A DNA stretch of 64,000 bases from an uncultured Gammaproteobacteria bacterium (GCA_964552565.1 CAZKGL010000001.1:237113-301112), one strand, 5' to 3'. Counted from the stretch's first letter, positions 47,850 through 59,249 are shown. Translations and numbers: made by a program. The notes: generated by a model from the sequence alone, not told the origin.

Positions 47850-49673
47850 CTAGTCGACGGTCACGGCTTTTGCGAGGTTTCTGGGCTTATCTGGGTTAAG
47901 GCCTTTCATGACCGCGAGTTCGTAGGCGATGCATTGGAAGGGGACGACGGCGAGGAGCGGGGTCAGCACCCCGTCGTGCGGGATGACGATGGTGGCATCG
48001 GCAACGCCCTCGGCGAGCGCGGGCTTGTCCGTGACGACGATGGTGCGCGCCCCGCGCGCACGGACCTCTTCCGCCGCAGTGCGCATGAGACCGGCGTGGT
48101 TGTCGTCGATGATGATCAGGAAGACCGGCGTGCCATGCTCGATAAGCGCAAACGGGCCGTGCTTGAGTGCGCCGGCGGCGTACCCTTCGGCATGGATGTA
48201 CGTAATCTCTTTTATTTTCAGTGCGGCCTCGTGTGCGATCGGCTCCGCCGCGCCTTTGCCGAGTATGAAGCAATGCGCCGCGCCGCGGAGCGTTTCGGCG
48301 ATCGCGCGGTACCGGTCCCGGGATTGGAGTGCGAGCCCGATGTTCGTCGGCAGGCGATGGAGGTCTTCGATGACTTTGCGCCGCCGCCCCTCTTCGGCGC
48401 CGCGCCGCTCCGCAAACCATGCCGCAACAAGCTCGAGCGCCGTGACTTGCGTGACGAACGCCTTCGTTGACGCCACGCCGAACTCGCGGCCCGCGTTCAG
48501 GTAGACGCCGCACTGCGTGGTGCGGGCGATGAGCGATCCGACCGCGTTCACGACGGAGAAGACGGGCACATTCCGTTTTTCCGCAAGCATGAGCGCGCGG
48601 TGCACGTCCTTCGTCTCGCCGGACTGGGAAATGACGAGGAGTCCTGCGCCTTCGGGGGCGAAGTGATGGAACGTGAGCTCCGACGCATCGACGACCTGCA
48701 CGGTATCGAACGCCTTCATGGCGCGCATGGCGAGCGCGCCGAACAGTCCGGCGTGGTACGACGTGCCGCACGCCGCGATGACGAGGTGTCGGATGCCGCG
48801 CAACCGTTCCTCCGCGCGTTCAAGGCCTCCGAGTTTGACCCCGCTCTCGCCGTTGATGCGCGCGCCGTGGTTCAGGGTACGGAGCACGGCGTCGGGTTGC
48901 TCCATGATTTCTTTTTCGGTCCAGTGGGTGTATGGGGCGGGGGAGAGCGCGACCGTTTCTTCCGGTGCGCGTTCCATGCGCGTCGTCGCAAGCGAGTGGC
49001 CGTCTTGCGTGATGCATGCGAGTTCGCCGTTTTCGAGCGCAATGAAGTTGCGCGTGGATGGGCCGAACGCGACCGGTTCGGACGCGATGAACATCTTGCC
49101 CTCGCCGACGCCGATGACGAGCGGGCTACCGTTGCGCGCAGCCATGATCGTACCCGGCATCGTCGTCGAAAGGATGCCGAGGCCCCATGTGCCTTCCAGC
49201 CGGGCGATTGCGCGGCGCACGGCGTCGGTCAGCGGGTCGCCGTGGTCAAGGTAGTGTCCGATGAGCTGGGCGATGACTTCGGTGTCGGTTTCGGACCGGA
49301 ACGCGACGCCGAACCCCTCGAGCTCGCGCCGCAGCGCGTGGGAGTTTTCGATGACGCCGTTATGCACGACGGCGACGCGATTGTTCGCGTCGAGGTGGGG
49401 GTGGGCGTTCGGGTCGGTCTTGCCGCCATGGGTCGCCCAACGGGTGTGCCCGATGCCGATGGTGTGGCCGACGTGGCGCGCCGCTTCGCCTTTGCAGCGG
49501 GCGATCGCGTCCGAGGTCCCCTGGCTTGCGTATTTGGTTACGACAAATCGGTTTTCAGGCGCGAGCGTAGCGATACCGGCAGAGTCATAGCCGCGGTTTT
49601 CGAGTATGGTAAGACCGTCAAGAATAACATTGACAGCATCTTCCCGTCCTACGAATCCGATAATGCCACACAT
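47850..49673 (-). CDS. glmS: Glutamine--fructose-6-phosphate aminotransferase
   Basis: MCGIIGFVG N-terminal nucleophile, two SIS domains, 607 aa. Confidence 0.95.
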   Translation of the reverse strand: MCGIIGFVGREDAVNVILDGLTILENRGYDSAGIATLAPENRFVVTKYASQGTSDAIARCKGEAARHVGHTIGIGHTRWATHGGKTDPNAHPHLDANNRVAVVHNGVIENSHALRRELEGFGVAFRSETDTEVIAQLIGHYLDHGDPLTDAVRRAIARLEGTWGLGILSTTMPGTIMAARNGSPLVIGVGEGKMFIASEPVAFGPSTRNFIALENGELACITQDGHSLATTRMERAPEETVALSPAPYTHWTEKEIMEQPDAVLRTLNHGARINGESGVKLGGLERAEERLRGIRHLVIAACGTSYHAGLFGALAMRAMKAFDTVQVVDASELTFHHFAPEGAGLLVISQSGETKDVHRALMLAEKRNVPVFSVVNAVGSLIARTTQCGVYLNAGREFGVASTKAFVTQVTALELVAAWFAERRGAEEGRRRKVIEDLHRLPTNIGLALQSRDRYRAIAETLRGAAHCFILGKGAAEPIAHEAALKIKEITYIHAEGYAAGALKHGPFALIEHGTPVFLIIIDDNHAGLMRTAAEEVRARGARTIVVTDKPALAEGVADATIVIPHDGVLTPLLAVVPFQCIAYELAVMKGLNPDKPRNLAKAVTVD

Positions 49674-49778
49674 AGCTCTTACGCCATTAATAGTGTCAGC
49701 ATTTATTTTGACACATGTGAGGCTCTTCCGGAAGTGGAAAACAAAACTCCGCGAGCACTCGCGGAGTTTTGTTGTTTG

Positions 49779-50552
49779 TTACGCGGCCTCTTTGTCAAAC
49801 CACGCTTTTTCTTGAGGTTCAAAGTCCTTTGTTTCGTCGAGTGGCATCATTGCGGCCGCATCAAGCGCCGCCGCGCCCCGTACCTCGCGCTTCGGCTGTT
49901 CGAAGAGCGCTGCTGCCACCGCGCCGACCGGGGAGGTGGTTACGAGTTTTGACCGCATCTGGAGGGCTTCGTTGCGGGAACGGAGGTTTGCGAGCTGCGC
50001 GTCGATGTCGCGGATGCGCCCCCAGTGGAACGGGTTCCAAAGTTTCAGCTTGCTGCGTTCTTCCTGCATGCGCCCAATCTGACTCTGGATGCGCGTTGTG
50101 TCTTTGCGGATTTTTTCGCGTTCGCGTTCGACCCGCAATCGCTTGGAAAGATGGCTCTCGTCGCCGTAGGGCGTCGCCGCCGACGGGGCGAGCTCTTTGT
50201 CGAGCGCCATCTGCTTCATGCGAAGGAACGCGAGCTCCTTCATCTCCTCGTCGCTCAGGTCTTCCTGATCCTTTTCGAGCTTCTTGATCTTCTTGTCGAG
50301 CGCTTTGCGGTAGGTGTCAATAGAAAAATTCGCAAGCTCGCGGTGCACCTCGTGGCGCGCCTCCGCGAGATCGATGTCGCGATTGACGGCGGCGGTGTCG
50401 GCGAAATGTTGCCGCTGCTCGAATTCGTCGAGCGCCTTGAGCTCCGGCGTCAACTCCACCGCGCCGCGACGGTGCACATCCGTCGCGCGGACGCCGCGTT
50501 CTGTGCGCGTCGTTTCGCGCTCAATCCTCCCTTCGCGCAGGAACTCGTTCAT
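49779..50552 (-). CDS. Hypothetical coiled-coil protein
   Basis: Start MNEFLREG. A TGCTATACT extended -10 lies only 9 nt upstream of the ATG (leaderless-type). Confidence 0.5.
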   Translation of the reverse strand: MNEFLREGRIERETTRTERGVRATDVHRRGAVELTPELKALDEFEQRQHFADTAAVNRDIDLAEARHEVHRELANFSIDTYRKALDKKIKKLEKDQEDLSDEEMKELAFLRMKQMALDKELAPSAATPYGDESHLSKRLRVEREREKIRKDTTRIQSQIGRMQEERSKLKLWNPFHWGRIRDIDAQLANLRSRNEALQMRSKLVTTSPVGAVAAALFEQPKREVRGAAALDAAAMMPLDETKDFEPQEKAWFDKEAA

Positions 50553-50576
50553 AGTGCTTGCAGTATAGCATGCGCG

Positions 50577-50618
50577 GAACTGAAAACGCACCCGAGGGCA
50601 GTGCGCCTTCAGGGTGCG
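50577..50618 (-). terminator. Terminator repeat, copy A (42 nt identical to 53106-53147 in inverted orientation)
   Basis: aactgaaaacgcacccgagggcagtgcgccttcagggtgcgt. On the minus strand it reads ACGCACCC...GGGTGCGTTTTCAGTT, immediately after the stop of the 50641 gene. Confidence 0.6.
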
Positions 50619-50640
50619 TGCGTCGCAACCGGACGTTCGT

Positions 50641-50991
50641 CTAGCCCTCCTCGGCCAGCTTCTTCAGGATCTCGCGGACCTGGCCGTCAGTCCTGAAGTT
50701 GGTGTGGAACATGTCGCCGCTGTCGATGACGACGTAGTAGGACATGAGCCCCTCGATGACGCGCGGGTTGTCGTCCTTGATGGACTCCCAGCCCTGCGGG
50801 GTCTGGATGAGCGTCGACTCGCCCTGGTCGTTGAAGAGGTTGCCATCGAGGCGCCAGCGCGCGACCTCCTGATCGACGATCATGACGAGCACGCAGAGCG
50901 CCGCGGGCGCGCCGGCGAGGATTGCGACAGTGTTGACGATGTCTGCGATCGACATCTTCTGCCGCGGCGAGGCGGAACGGGAAATGGACAT
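50641..50991 (-). CDS. Small hypothetical membrane-anchored protein
   Basis: Start MSISRSASP. Hydrophobic segment IVNTVAILAGAPAALCVLVMIV. GGAG RBS. Confidence 0.45.
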   Translation of the reverse strand: MSISRSASPRQKMSIADIVNTVAILAGAPAALCVLVMIVDQEVARWRLDGNLFNDQGESTLIQTPQGWESIKDDNPRVIEGLMSYYVVIDSGDMFHTNFRTDGQVREILKKLAEEG

Positions 50992-51015
50992 GTAAAGGCT
51001 CCGGGTTGCAGGAGA

Positions 51016-51044
51016 ACTGTAGCATAAAAATGGTGTTTTGTCAA
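51016..51044 (-). promoter_or_regulatory. Promoter TTGACA-17-TACAGT (minus strand), near-identical to the one after tRNA-Gln
   Basis: Minus-strand ttcaTTGACAaaacaccatttttatgcTACAGT, to be compared with 1394-1422. Confidence 0.45.
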
Positions 51045-51060
51045 TGAAATTTCCATAAAT

Positions 51061-51103
51061 TCTGCAAAACAAAAGCGCCCTCGGCCGAAGCCGATGGCGC
51101 TTT
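51061..51103 (-). terminator. Bidirectional terminator hairpin following tRNA-Glu
   Basis: GCGCCCTCGGC-cgaa-GCCGATGGCGC flanked by A-run and T-run. Confidence 0.45.
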
Positions 51104-51178
51104 TGGTGACCCTACGGGGATTCGAACCCCGATTTGATCCGTGAGAGGGATCCGTCCTAGCCCTTAGACGATAGGGCC
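51104..51178 (-). tRNA. tRNA-Glu (anticodon CTC), CCA encoded
   Basis: Hand-folded: acceptor GGCCCTA/TAGGGTC (one G-U pair), T-arm CGGGGTTCGAATCCCCG, anticodon stem GATCC/GGATC with loop CTCTCAC. Confidence 0.7.
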
Positions 51179-51209
51179 GCACTTTTGCGGCGGAATCATA
51201 ACAAAATGA

Positions 51210-51593
51210 TCACCGCCCGTCAACGATCGGGTCTCCGGTTTCCGGAGTCCGCCACCCACGGCTGATTTCTTCGTGCTCGAGCGCATCGTCGTCCCAGCCG
51301 AGATGATGGCCGATTTCGTGCCAGAGCGTGCGGCGGATTTCTTCACGAATTGCCTCAGGATCGTCGCCGCATTCGTTTTCGATGGCGCGTTGGTAGATGG
51401 CGATTTTGTCCGGCAGCATGCCGGTCGGGTCGCCGATTCGGTCCACGCGCGGCGTGCCGAAATACTCGCCAAGCGGCCCGTCGTCCGTCCCCGGTTCCGC
51501 GCAGAACGCCACGTTATCGAGCGCGGAAAGCACATCGGGAGGTAGTTCATTTACTGCGCGTTCAACTTCGGCAAGGAATGCGTCGGGGGACAT
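51210..51593 (-). CDS. Small zinc metallopeptidase family protein (Zincin_1 / DUF1025-like)
   Basis: HExxH motif in LWHEIGHHLG. About 127 aa from MSPDAFLAEVERAV. Confidence 0.55.
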   Translation of the reverse strand: MSPDAFLAEVERAVNELPPDVLSALDNVAFCAEPGTDDGPLGEYFGTPRVDRIGDPTGMLPDKIAIYQRAIENECGDDPEAIREEIRRTLWHEIGHHLGWDDDALEHEEISRGWRTPETGDPIVDGR

Positions 51594-51636
51594 AGTAAGA
51601 CTATTTTTCCGAATTCGGATGAAAAGGGAAAGAGAC

Positions 51637-51665
51637 TTGCAAAAAGTGCAAAAACTTGCTAGTAT
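51637..51665 (+). promoter_or_regulatory. Promoter TTGCAA-17-TAGTAT for the B12-rSAM gene
   Basis: cTTGCAAaaagtgcaaaaacttgcTAGTAT. Confidence 0.4.
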
Positions 51666-51727
51666 TCGGACAGTTCTTTGGGACGAGAGTCCCGTTTTTC
51701 GTATCAACCCAAACCATAGGAGGCGAC

Positions 51728-53095
51728 ATGAAGGTCGTCCTGGTCCAGCCTCGCTCCCCATGGGGCAAGCAACCGTACCTCCCGAACGGCCTCCTCATGG
51801 TGGCCGCGCAGCTCATGTCCGTGGGCGTCAAGGTCGTCATCCTCGACGAGAACCTCGGCGACCGCATCGACGCGCTCGGCATGTGCGAGCACTTCGCGGA
51901 TGCGGACGCCATCGGCATCGGCGCGCTCGGCGCGCCGTACGTCCCGGAGGCGATCCGCGTGGCGGAGCGGCTGCGCAACCGTTACGGCACCCCGATCTTC
52001 GTGGGCGGTGAGGTCATCAACAACCTCGCGCCGGCGCAGTTCGTCCGCATGTTCGGCCACGTCGGGAGCATCGTGCAGATCAACGGCGACGCCGTGCTCG
52101 GCGAGAAGCTCGGGCTGGCGCTGCCGTCGATGTACGACACCTCGATGGCGCCGGCGATCGCCGCGCTTCCCGAGCGCGCCAAGGAGGCCTACTTCCGCAA
52201 GGAGTGGTGCCTCTTCACCTCGCAGGGCTGCATCTTCAACTGCAACTTCTGCGCGGCGGCGAAGGACCGGCGCGAGCGTTTCCGCGACCTGGATGCCTTC
52301 CGCGACGAGGTCACGTACCTCGCGCAGATGGTGCGGCGCTACGCCGGCCGCACGCCGCGGTACGAGGTGTACTGCTCCACGCTCGACGGGTGTCAAAACC
52401 CGGACGAGATGGAGCAGACGCTCGCGACCGTCACGGAAGTCTGCGCCGATGTCGACGTGTTCTTCCCGTTGCGGTTCCTCGCGACGGCGACGTGCACGGC
52501 GCGGGCGGTCCGCAAGGACCCGGACGTACTCCGGCGCTGGGGCGGCTACGGGCTCGGGTGCATCGGCATCGGCGTCGACGGCAACGACCCCGCGGTGTGG
52601 GCTCGCGAGAACAAGCGGCACAACACCGAGTCGGTCATCGCCGAGGCGCTCGCGCAGATCGCCCGTGCCGGGATCCAGCCCGAGGCCTTCATGGTCATGG
52701 GACTCCCCGGGGATGACATCGACGCGGTGGCCCGCGGCATGCGTGCGTGCTTCCGCTTCGCGGCGGAAGGCATCCGTCCCCGGCCGTACCTCGGCAAAGG
52801 GCATGCGCCGGGATCGGTGGGCTGGAAGGCGGGTGGGGCGGTCGTGGACGAGTTCCTGGAGCGCCCCGAGCGCCTGCTCGAGCTCGACTACGGCGGCCTC
52901 GCGTCGCCGGCCACCCACCCGGAGAGCCGCGCGAAGCGCTGGGCCGCGAACGCCGCGTTCCTCGCGACGTGCTACGGCCTCAAGCTCACCGAGGTCGGGT
53001 GCCCGACCCAGCCGCTGTTCCCGACCGAGAGCGTGTCGTTGCCCTGGCGCATGTTTGGCCGCGTAGCGAACCGCTTCGCCGGGCAGGACCGATAG
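51728..53095 (+). CDS. Cobalamin (B12)-binding domain radical SAM protein (class B radical SAM)
   Basis: N-terminal B12-binding Rossmann-like domain (MKVVLVQPRSPW...) and radical SAM CxxxCxxC (SQGCIFNCNFCAA). GGAGG RBS. Confidence 0.7.
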   Translation: MKVVLVQPRSPWGKQPYLPNGLLMVAAQLMSVGVKVVILDENLGDRIDALGMCEHFADADAIGIGALGAPYVPEAIRVAERLRNRYGTPIFVGGEVINNLAPAQFVRMFGHVGSIVQINGDAVLGEKLGLALPSMYDTSMAPAIAALPERAKEAYFRKEWCLFTSQGCIFNCNFCAAAKDRRERFRDLDAFRDEVTYLAQMVRRYAGRTPRYEVYCSTLDGCQNPDEMEQTLATVTEVCADVDVFFPLRFLATATCTARAVRKDPDVLRRWGGYGLGCIGIGVDGNDPAVWARENKRHNTESVIAEALAQIARAGIQPEAFMVMGLPGDDIDAVARGMRACFRFAAEGIRPRPYLGKGHAPGSVGWKAGGAVVDEFLERPERLLELDYGGLASPATHPESRAKRWAANAAFLATCYGLKLTEVGCPTQPLFPTESVSLPWRMFGRVANRFAGQDR

Positions 53096-53105
53096 GACAA
53101 TCCGT

Positions 53106-53147
53106 GACGCACCCTGAAGGCGCACTGCCCTCGGGTGCGTTTTCAGT
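53106..53147 (+). terminator. Terminator repeat, copy B (inverted duplicate of 50577-50618)
   Basis: ACGCACCCtgaaggcgcactgccctcGGGTGCGTTTTCAGTT directly after the rSAM stop. Confidence 0.6.
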
Positions 53148-53258
53148 TTCCACTGAGCCAATAAGGCCCCGATCGGCCCGTTATTGGATACGAGGCTCTC
53201 CACAAAAGAAGAACCGCCCGACGAAGCGCCGGGCGGTGCTTCATCGGACGGGAGGAGT

Positions 53259-53783
53259 TCAGCTCGCGCGCAGGAGGCCGGGGCGGGTGATGCCGTCGGT
53301 CGCGTGGCGGACGGCGTTCAGCTCGGCGATGATCTGCGAGGTCATCCAGCGGCGGCCGTCGACCATCAGGCGTTCGAGGACCGCGGGAACCTCCGCGGGG
53401 ATCGAGTTCGCGAAGAGCTCGTGCCAGCTCGAGTGCCAGCCTCGCGGCAGCACGACGATGTTTCCATCGCGGGTGCCGCCTCGCGAATCGGGCCGGATGT
53501 GGTGGTCCGTCGGCTTCGTGTCGAGTCCCTCGCTGCACGTGATGCGACGACGGATGACGCGCTGGCCGACGCCCGCCACCGCGTAGCGCGCTTCGAGCAG
53601 GCGCGCCACGTCCCATTTCTTGCCAGGGGTCATCACCTCCGTGACGTATGGCATGACGAGAGAGAGGGGGAGATCGCCGAAGACGCGAGCCCATTCGAGT
53701 GCGAACCGGGGCGGAACCCACATGACGAGGGTATCCTGGTCATCGGCGGTGCGGGAGATGGCGAACTTTTCGAAATCCTGCAA
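53259..53783 (-). CDS. Hypothetical protein with HNH-nuclease-like motif
   Basis: DHHIRPDSRGGTRDGNIVVLPRGWHSSWHELF resembles HNH (H-H...N...H) but lacks the Cys zinc ligands. Confidence 0.35.
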   Translation of the reverse strand: MQDFEKFAISRTADDQDTLVMWVPPRFALEWARVFGDLPLSLVMPYVTEVMTPGKKWDVARLLEARYAVAGVGQRVIRRRITCSEGLDTKPTDHHIRPDSRGGTRDGNIVVLPRGWHSSWHELFANSIPAEVPAVLERLMVDGRRWMTSQIIAELNAVRHATDGITRPGLLRAS

Positions 53784-53854
53784 AGAGCCTCCGCATGGCG
53801 CGTTTCTAGTCTGTCGAATTTTCCTCAGGTTGGCAACTCAACCGTTCCACAGGG

Positions 53855-53863
53855 TGGTATACT
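53855..53863 (+). promoter_or_regulatory. Extended -10 TGgTATACT 16 nt before the antiporter ATG
   Basis: agggTGgTATACTgaaggcaaccatcggtATG. No SD sequence. Confidence 0.4.
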
Positions 53864-53879
53864 GAAGGCAACCATCGGT

Positions 53880-55541
53880 ATGGAGGGCTATTTGTTCGTG
53901 GAAGTCGGAGCGGTCATCGTCGTCGCAGGGCTCTTTTCGGTATTGGCGTACCGGCTCCGGCAGCCGCTGATCATTGCATACATCCTGACCGGCGTCCTCG
54001 TGGGGCCGGGCGTGTTCGGGCTCGTCCATTCGCCCGAGATCTTCGCCGGGCTCTCGCAGATCGGCATCGCGTTCCTCTTGTTCATCGTCGGCCTCAACCT
54101 GAACTGGCGCAACGTGCGTGAAGTCGGCGGCGTGGCGTTCCTCGGCGGCGTCTCGCAGGTCGTCTTCACCTCGCTCCTCGGGTACGCCATCGCGCGGCTC
54201 CTCGACTTCGACGCGACGACCAGCATCTTCCTCGCTATCGCGTTCTCGTTCTCGTCGACCATCATCATCGTCAAGCTGCTCTCGGACAAGGAGGACCTCG
54301 ACCGGCTGTACGGACGCATCGCCGTCGGCATGCTCATCGTGCAGGACATCATCGCGATGTTCCTGCTCCTCGGTATCGCCGCATTACGCGACGGCGGCGC
54401 GCTCACGACGGTCCTCACGGTGTCGCTCGGCAAAGGCGCGCTGGTCCTCGTCGCGCTTTTCGTCATTACGCGGTTCATGCTCCCGCCGCTCTTCAAGTTC
54501 GCCGCACGGTCGCAGGAGCTGCTCTTCCTTATCGCCATCGCGTGGTGTTTCGCCATCGCGTCCGCGCTCCTTGCGGTCGGCTTCGGCATCGAGATCGGCG
54601 CGCTCATGGCCGGCATCAGCCTCGCGGGGACCGGGTTCCAGCACGACATCGAGGCGAAGGTGCGCCCGCTGCGCGACTTCTTCCTCATCATCTTCTTCAT
54701 CGTGCTCGGCACGCAGCTCACCGTGTCCGCGGTGGCGACGCTGTGGCTGCCGGCGCTCATCATGAGCCTCTACGTCCTCATCGGGAACCCGCTGATCGCC
54801 ATGGCCATCATGCGCCTCATGGGCTACCACCCGCGCAGCGCGTTTTTGACCGGTACGACCGTCGCGCAGATCAGCGAGTTCTCGTTCATCTTGCTCTCCG
54901 GCGGCATGGCGGCCGGGCTTGTCGCGCAGGAGTCCATCCCGCTCGCGACCGCCGTGGCCCTCGTGACGATTACGCTTTCGTCGTACCTCATCGAATACAA
55001 CGAACAGGTCTACGAGCGCCTCGCATTCGTCTTTGAGCGGTTCGGCCTCGGTCACCGCGCCGAAGGGCATCGCGCGAAAGTCCCGGACTATATCCTCTTC
55101 GGGTACAACCGCATGGGCAGGCGGCTCTTGCCGCAGCTCGAGGCGTTGCCGGGGCAGACGGTCGTCGTCGACTACAACCCTACGGTCATCGACGAGCTTG
55201 CGGAACACGGCGTCCCGAGCATGTACGGCGACGCGGGCAGCGAGGACGTGCTGCGGTTCCTCCACGCGGAGAAAGCGAAGCTCCTTGTGTCGACCGTGCC
55301 CGACATCGAAGTGACGAAGGACATGTTGGACTATTTCCGCGCCCACCGCGCGCGCGGCACCATTATCGTCACGGCGCGCAGCGCCGACGAAGCGGCGCAG
55401 TGCTACGGCCTTGGCGCAACGTACGTGGTTATCCCCAGCGTGCTTGGCGGCGAGGCCTTGGGGCAGTACCTTAAGGCGAAGAAGACGACAAAGTCGGGCT
55501 GGCAGGCGCTGGCGCGAAAGCAAGAACATCATGAACGATAG
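53880..55541 (+). CDS. Monovalent cation:proton antiporter-2 (CPA2, Kef-type) with C-terminal TrkA-N/RCK domain
   Basis: Twelve to thirteen TM helices with Na_H_Exchanger motifs, then an RCK Rossmann domain (ILFGYNRMGRRL). Confidence 0.85.
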   Translation: MEGYLFVEVGAVIVVAGLFSVLAYRLRQPLIIAYILTGVLVGPGVFGLVHSPEIFAGLSQIGIAFLLFIVGLNLNWRNVREVGGVAFLGGVSQVVFTSLLGYAIARLLDFDATTSIFLAIAFSFSSTIIIVKLLSDKEDLDRLYGRIAVGMLIVQDIIAMFLLLGIAALRDGGALTTVLTVSLGKGALVLVALFVITRFMLPPLFKFAARSQELLFLIAIAWCFAIASALLAVGFGIEIGALMAGISLAGTGFQHDIEAKVRPLRDFFLIIFFIVLGTQLTVSAVATLWLPALIMSLYVLIGNPLIAMAIMRLMGYHPRSAFLTGTTVAQISEFSFILLSGGMAAGLVAQESIPLATAVALVTITLSSYLIEYNEQVYERLAFVFERFGLGHRAEGHRAKVPDYILFGYNRMGRRLLPQLEALPGQTVVVDYNPTVIDELAEHGVPSMYGDAGSEDVLRFLHAEKAKLLVSTVPDIEVTKDMLDYFRAHRARGTIIVTARSADEAAQCYGLGATYVVIPSVLGGEALGQYLKAKKTTKSGWQALARKQEHHER

Positions 55542-55546
55542 ACCAT

Positions 55547-56080
55547 ATGGAACGACAAGAATGGCGCGGCGCGCCGCCGATTGACCTGCGCAAGCAAGAA
55601 GTCCGCGAATGGGCGGAGGAGCGCGGGCCCGAAGACGAACCGACGAACGTGGAGGAGTTGCCTGCGGCCGAACCGGAGCCGACGTCTGAAGCGGATGCAC
55701 TCGAGGAGTTGCGGCAGGACGAGGACTTCGCACATGCCGAGCGCTACCATGAAGGTCTTGAGCACTTCCGTGGTGACTTGCAGCACATCGTCGAAACCGG
55801 ATCGCTTGGTTCGTATGACAATGAAGGCAACCTCTCGTCTGTCGTCAACAAGGATTTGTCGAAGCAGGTTGCGGAGGTCATGAAATCGCGCGACTGGGAC
55901 GAGGCCGCCGCGGCGCTGTACGTCGCTGCGCAATGGCGCCAACATGCGCTCGAGTCGTATAGCGCCATCCTTGACCGTGCGAATGACGCGACCATGCGCC
56001 GGATCATTATCGAAAAGATGCATGCAGTCGAGAAGATGGTCGTCCACGGAGCCGACCAGAAACGCGTGTCCAGCATGTAG
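55547..56080 (+). CDS. Hypothetical acidic protein
   Basis: ORF of 177 aa with normal composition. Confidence 0.4.
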   Translation: MERQEWRGAPPIDLRKQEVREWAEERGPEDEPTNVEELPAAEPEPTSEADALEELRQDEDFAHAERYHEGLEHFRGDLQHIVETGSLGSYDNEGNLSSVVNKDLSKQVAEVMKSRDWDEAAAALYVAAQWRQHALESYSAILDRANDATMRRIIIEKMHAVEKMVVHGADQKRVSSM

Positions 56081-56107
56081 TTTCCGCGGCGCTTGACGAC
56101 GGTTCAG

Positions 56108-56134
56108 TTAGCACTCTATAATCCCGAGTGCTAA
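56108..56134 (+). promoter_or_regulatory. CIRCE operator (TTAGCACTC-N9-GAGTGCTAA), HrcA binding site
   Basis: Perfect match TTAGCACTCtataatcccGAGTGCTAA ending 2 nt before the hrcA ATG. The spacer contains TATAAT. Confidence 0.9.
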
Positions 56135-56136
56135 CT

Positions 56137-56850
56137 ATGTTGAACGATCGTCAAGCGAAAATTTTGCGCGCCGTCGTCGAGGAGTACATCCGTACTGCCG
56201 AGCCGGTGGCGTCAAAGACGATTACGGACAAGTACGTGTCGGCGGTATCGCCGGCCACGGTTCGCAATGATTTGATGGCCTTGACTGAGGCCCTCTTTTT
56301 GTTGCAGCCACACACCTCTGCCGGCCGCGTGCCGACGGAGCAGGGGTACCGCTATTACCTCGACAACTTCCTCAAGGTGGAGCGCGCCGAACGTGTCGCC
56401 GCGGAGCTGAAAGCTGCGGTGACGCATGCGCAGACGCCGGAAGCCGTGCTCCGCGCCGTGTCGCGCGCACTCGTCGACCTGTCCGGGGAGACCGCGTTCG
56501 TGGCGAGCGACGAACACGGCTCGCAGTATGCCGGCCTGGCGAACCTCATGCGCAAGCCCGAGTTCGAGGACGCGGAGCGGCGCGAGAAGATTGCGCACGC
56601 CATCGACCACGTCGATCACGCCGTGGCCGAACTGCTGGAACTCGCCGGCGAAGACGTCCGCGTGTGGATGGGAAACGAAAATCCGTTGTCTGCCGAAATG
56701 GCGACCGTCGTCGTGCGCGTCCGCCTGCCGGACGGCAGCATCGGCCTCCTCGGCCTCCTCGGCCCCTTGCGTATGCGCTACGGCCGCAACATCGGCCTCC
56801 TCCAAGAGGTGAAACGCATGCTCGATACCACATTTGAAGAACGTGAATAG
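56137..56850 (+). CDS. hrcA: Heat-inducible transcription repressor HrcA (short, 237 aa)
   Basis: N-terminal wHTH (DRQAKILRAVVEEYIRTAEPVASKTI), CIRCE upstream, followed by grpE-dnaK. Confidence 0.85.
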   Translation: MLNDRQAKILRAVVEEYIRTAEPVASKTITDKYVSAVSPATVRNDLMALTEALFLLQPHTSAGRVPTEQGYRYYLDNFLKVERAERVAAELKAAVTHAQTPEAVLRAVSRALVDLSGETAFVASDEHGSQYAGLANLMRKPEFEDAERREKIAHAIDHVDHAVAELLELAGEDVRVWMGNENPLSAEMATVVVRVRLPDGSIGLLGLLGPLRMRYGRNIGLLQEVKRMLDTTFEERE

Positions 56851-56852
56851 CT

Positions 56853-57350
56853 ATGACGGATGAACAGCACAACACAATAGACGGGGTCCCCGCACCCCGT
56901 CCGAGCGATGACCTCCAAGCGAAGTGCGACGAGTATCTCGCCGGATGGAAACGCGCGCTGGCCGACTACGAAAACTTGCAAAAGCATAACGCACAGGAAC
57001 GCGAGAACGACCGACGCCGCATCCGCACGAACCTCGCGCTCGACCTCCTGCCCGTCGTCGACAACTTCGACCAGGCGCTCAAGTTCGCTCCGAAGGACGT
57101 CGATGCGAACTGGTTCGCCGGCGTCGCGCACATCGCGCGGCAGTTCGCGGAGGCGCTCAAGAACATGGGCATCGAACCCATCGAGTCCGTCGGCCATGTC
57201 TTTGACCCGAACCTCCACGAGAGCGGCGGGTCGCGCTGGGAGGACGACACGCCGGAGGGCGTGGTCATCGAAGAAGTCATCCGCGGATGGAAGATGGGCG
57301 ATATGGTCATCCGTCCTGCAAAAGTCATCGTGAACCAAAAATCCGAATAA
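56853..57350 (+). CDS. grpE: Nucleotide exchange factor GrpE
   Basis: GrpE coiled coil and C-terminal beta domain. A REP palindrome (56887-56913) is embedded in-frame near the N-terminus ([12 protein letters not shown]). Confidence 0.9.
   Translation: MTDEQHNTIDGVPAPRPSDDLQAKCDEYLAGWKRALADYENLQKHNAQERENDRRRIRTNLALDLLPVVDNFDQALKFAPKDVDANWFAGVAHIARQFAEALKNMGIEPIESVGHVFDPNLHESGGSRWEDDTPEGVVIEEVIRGWKMGDMVIRPAKVIVNQKSE

Positions 57351-59249
<1,899 letters not shown>

Noticed and set aside
49674-49778. Possible glmS ribozyme upstream of glmS (minus strand)
   Set aside because: Only about 100 nt is available. Most of it is a terminator hairpin (AAAACTCCGCGAG/TCGCGGAGTTTT) for the upstream gene plus a promoter. 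No ribozyme core motifs were recognised.
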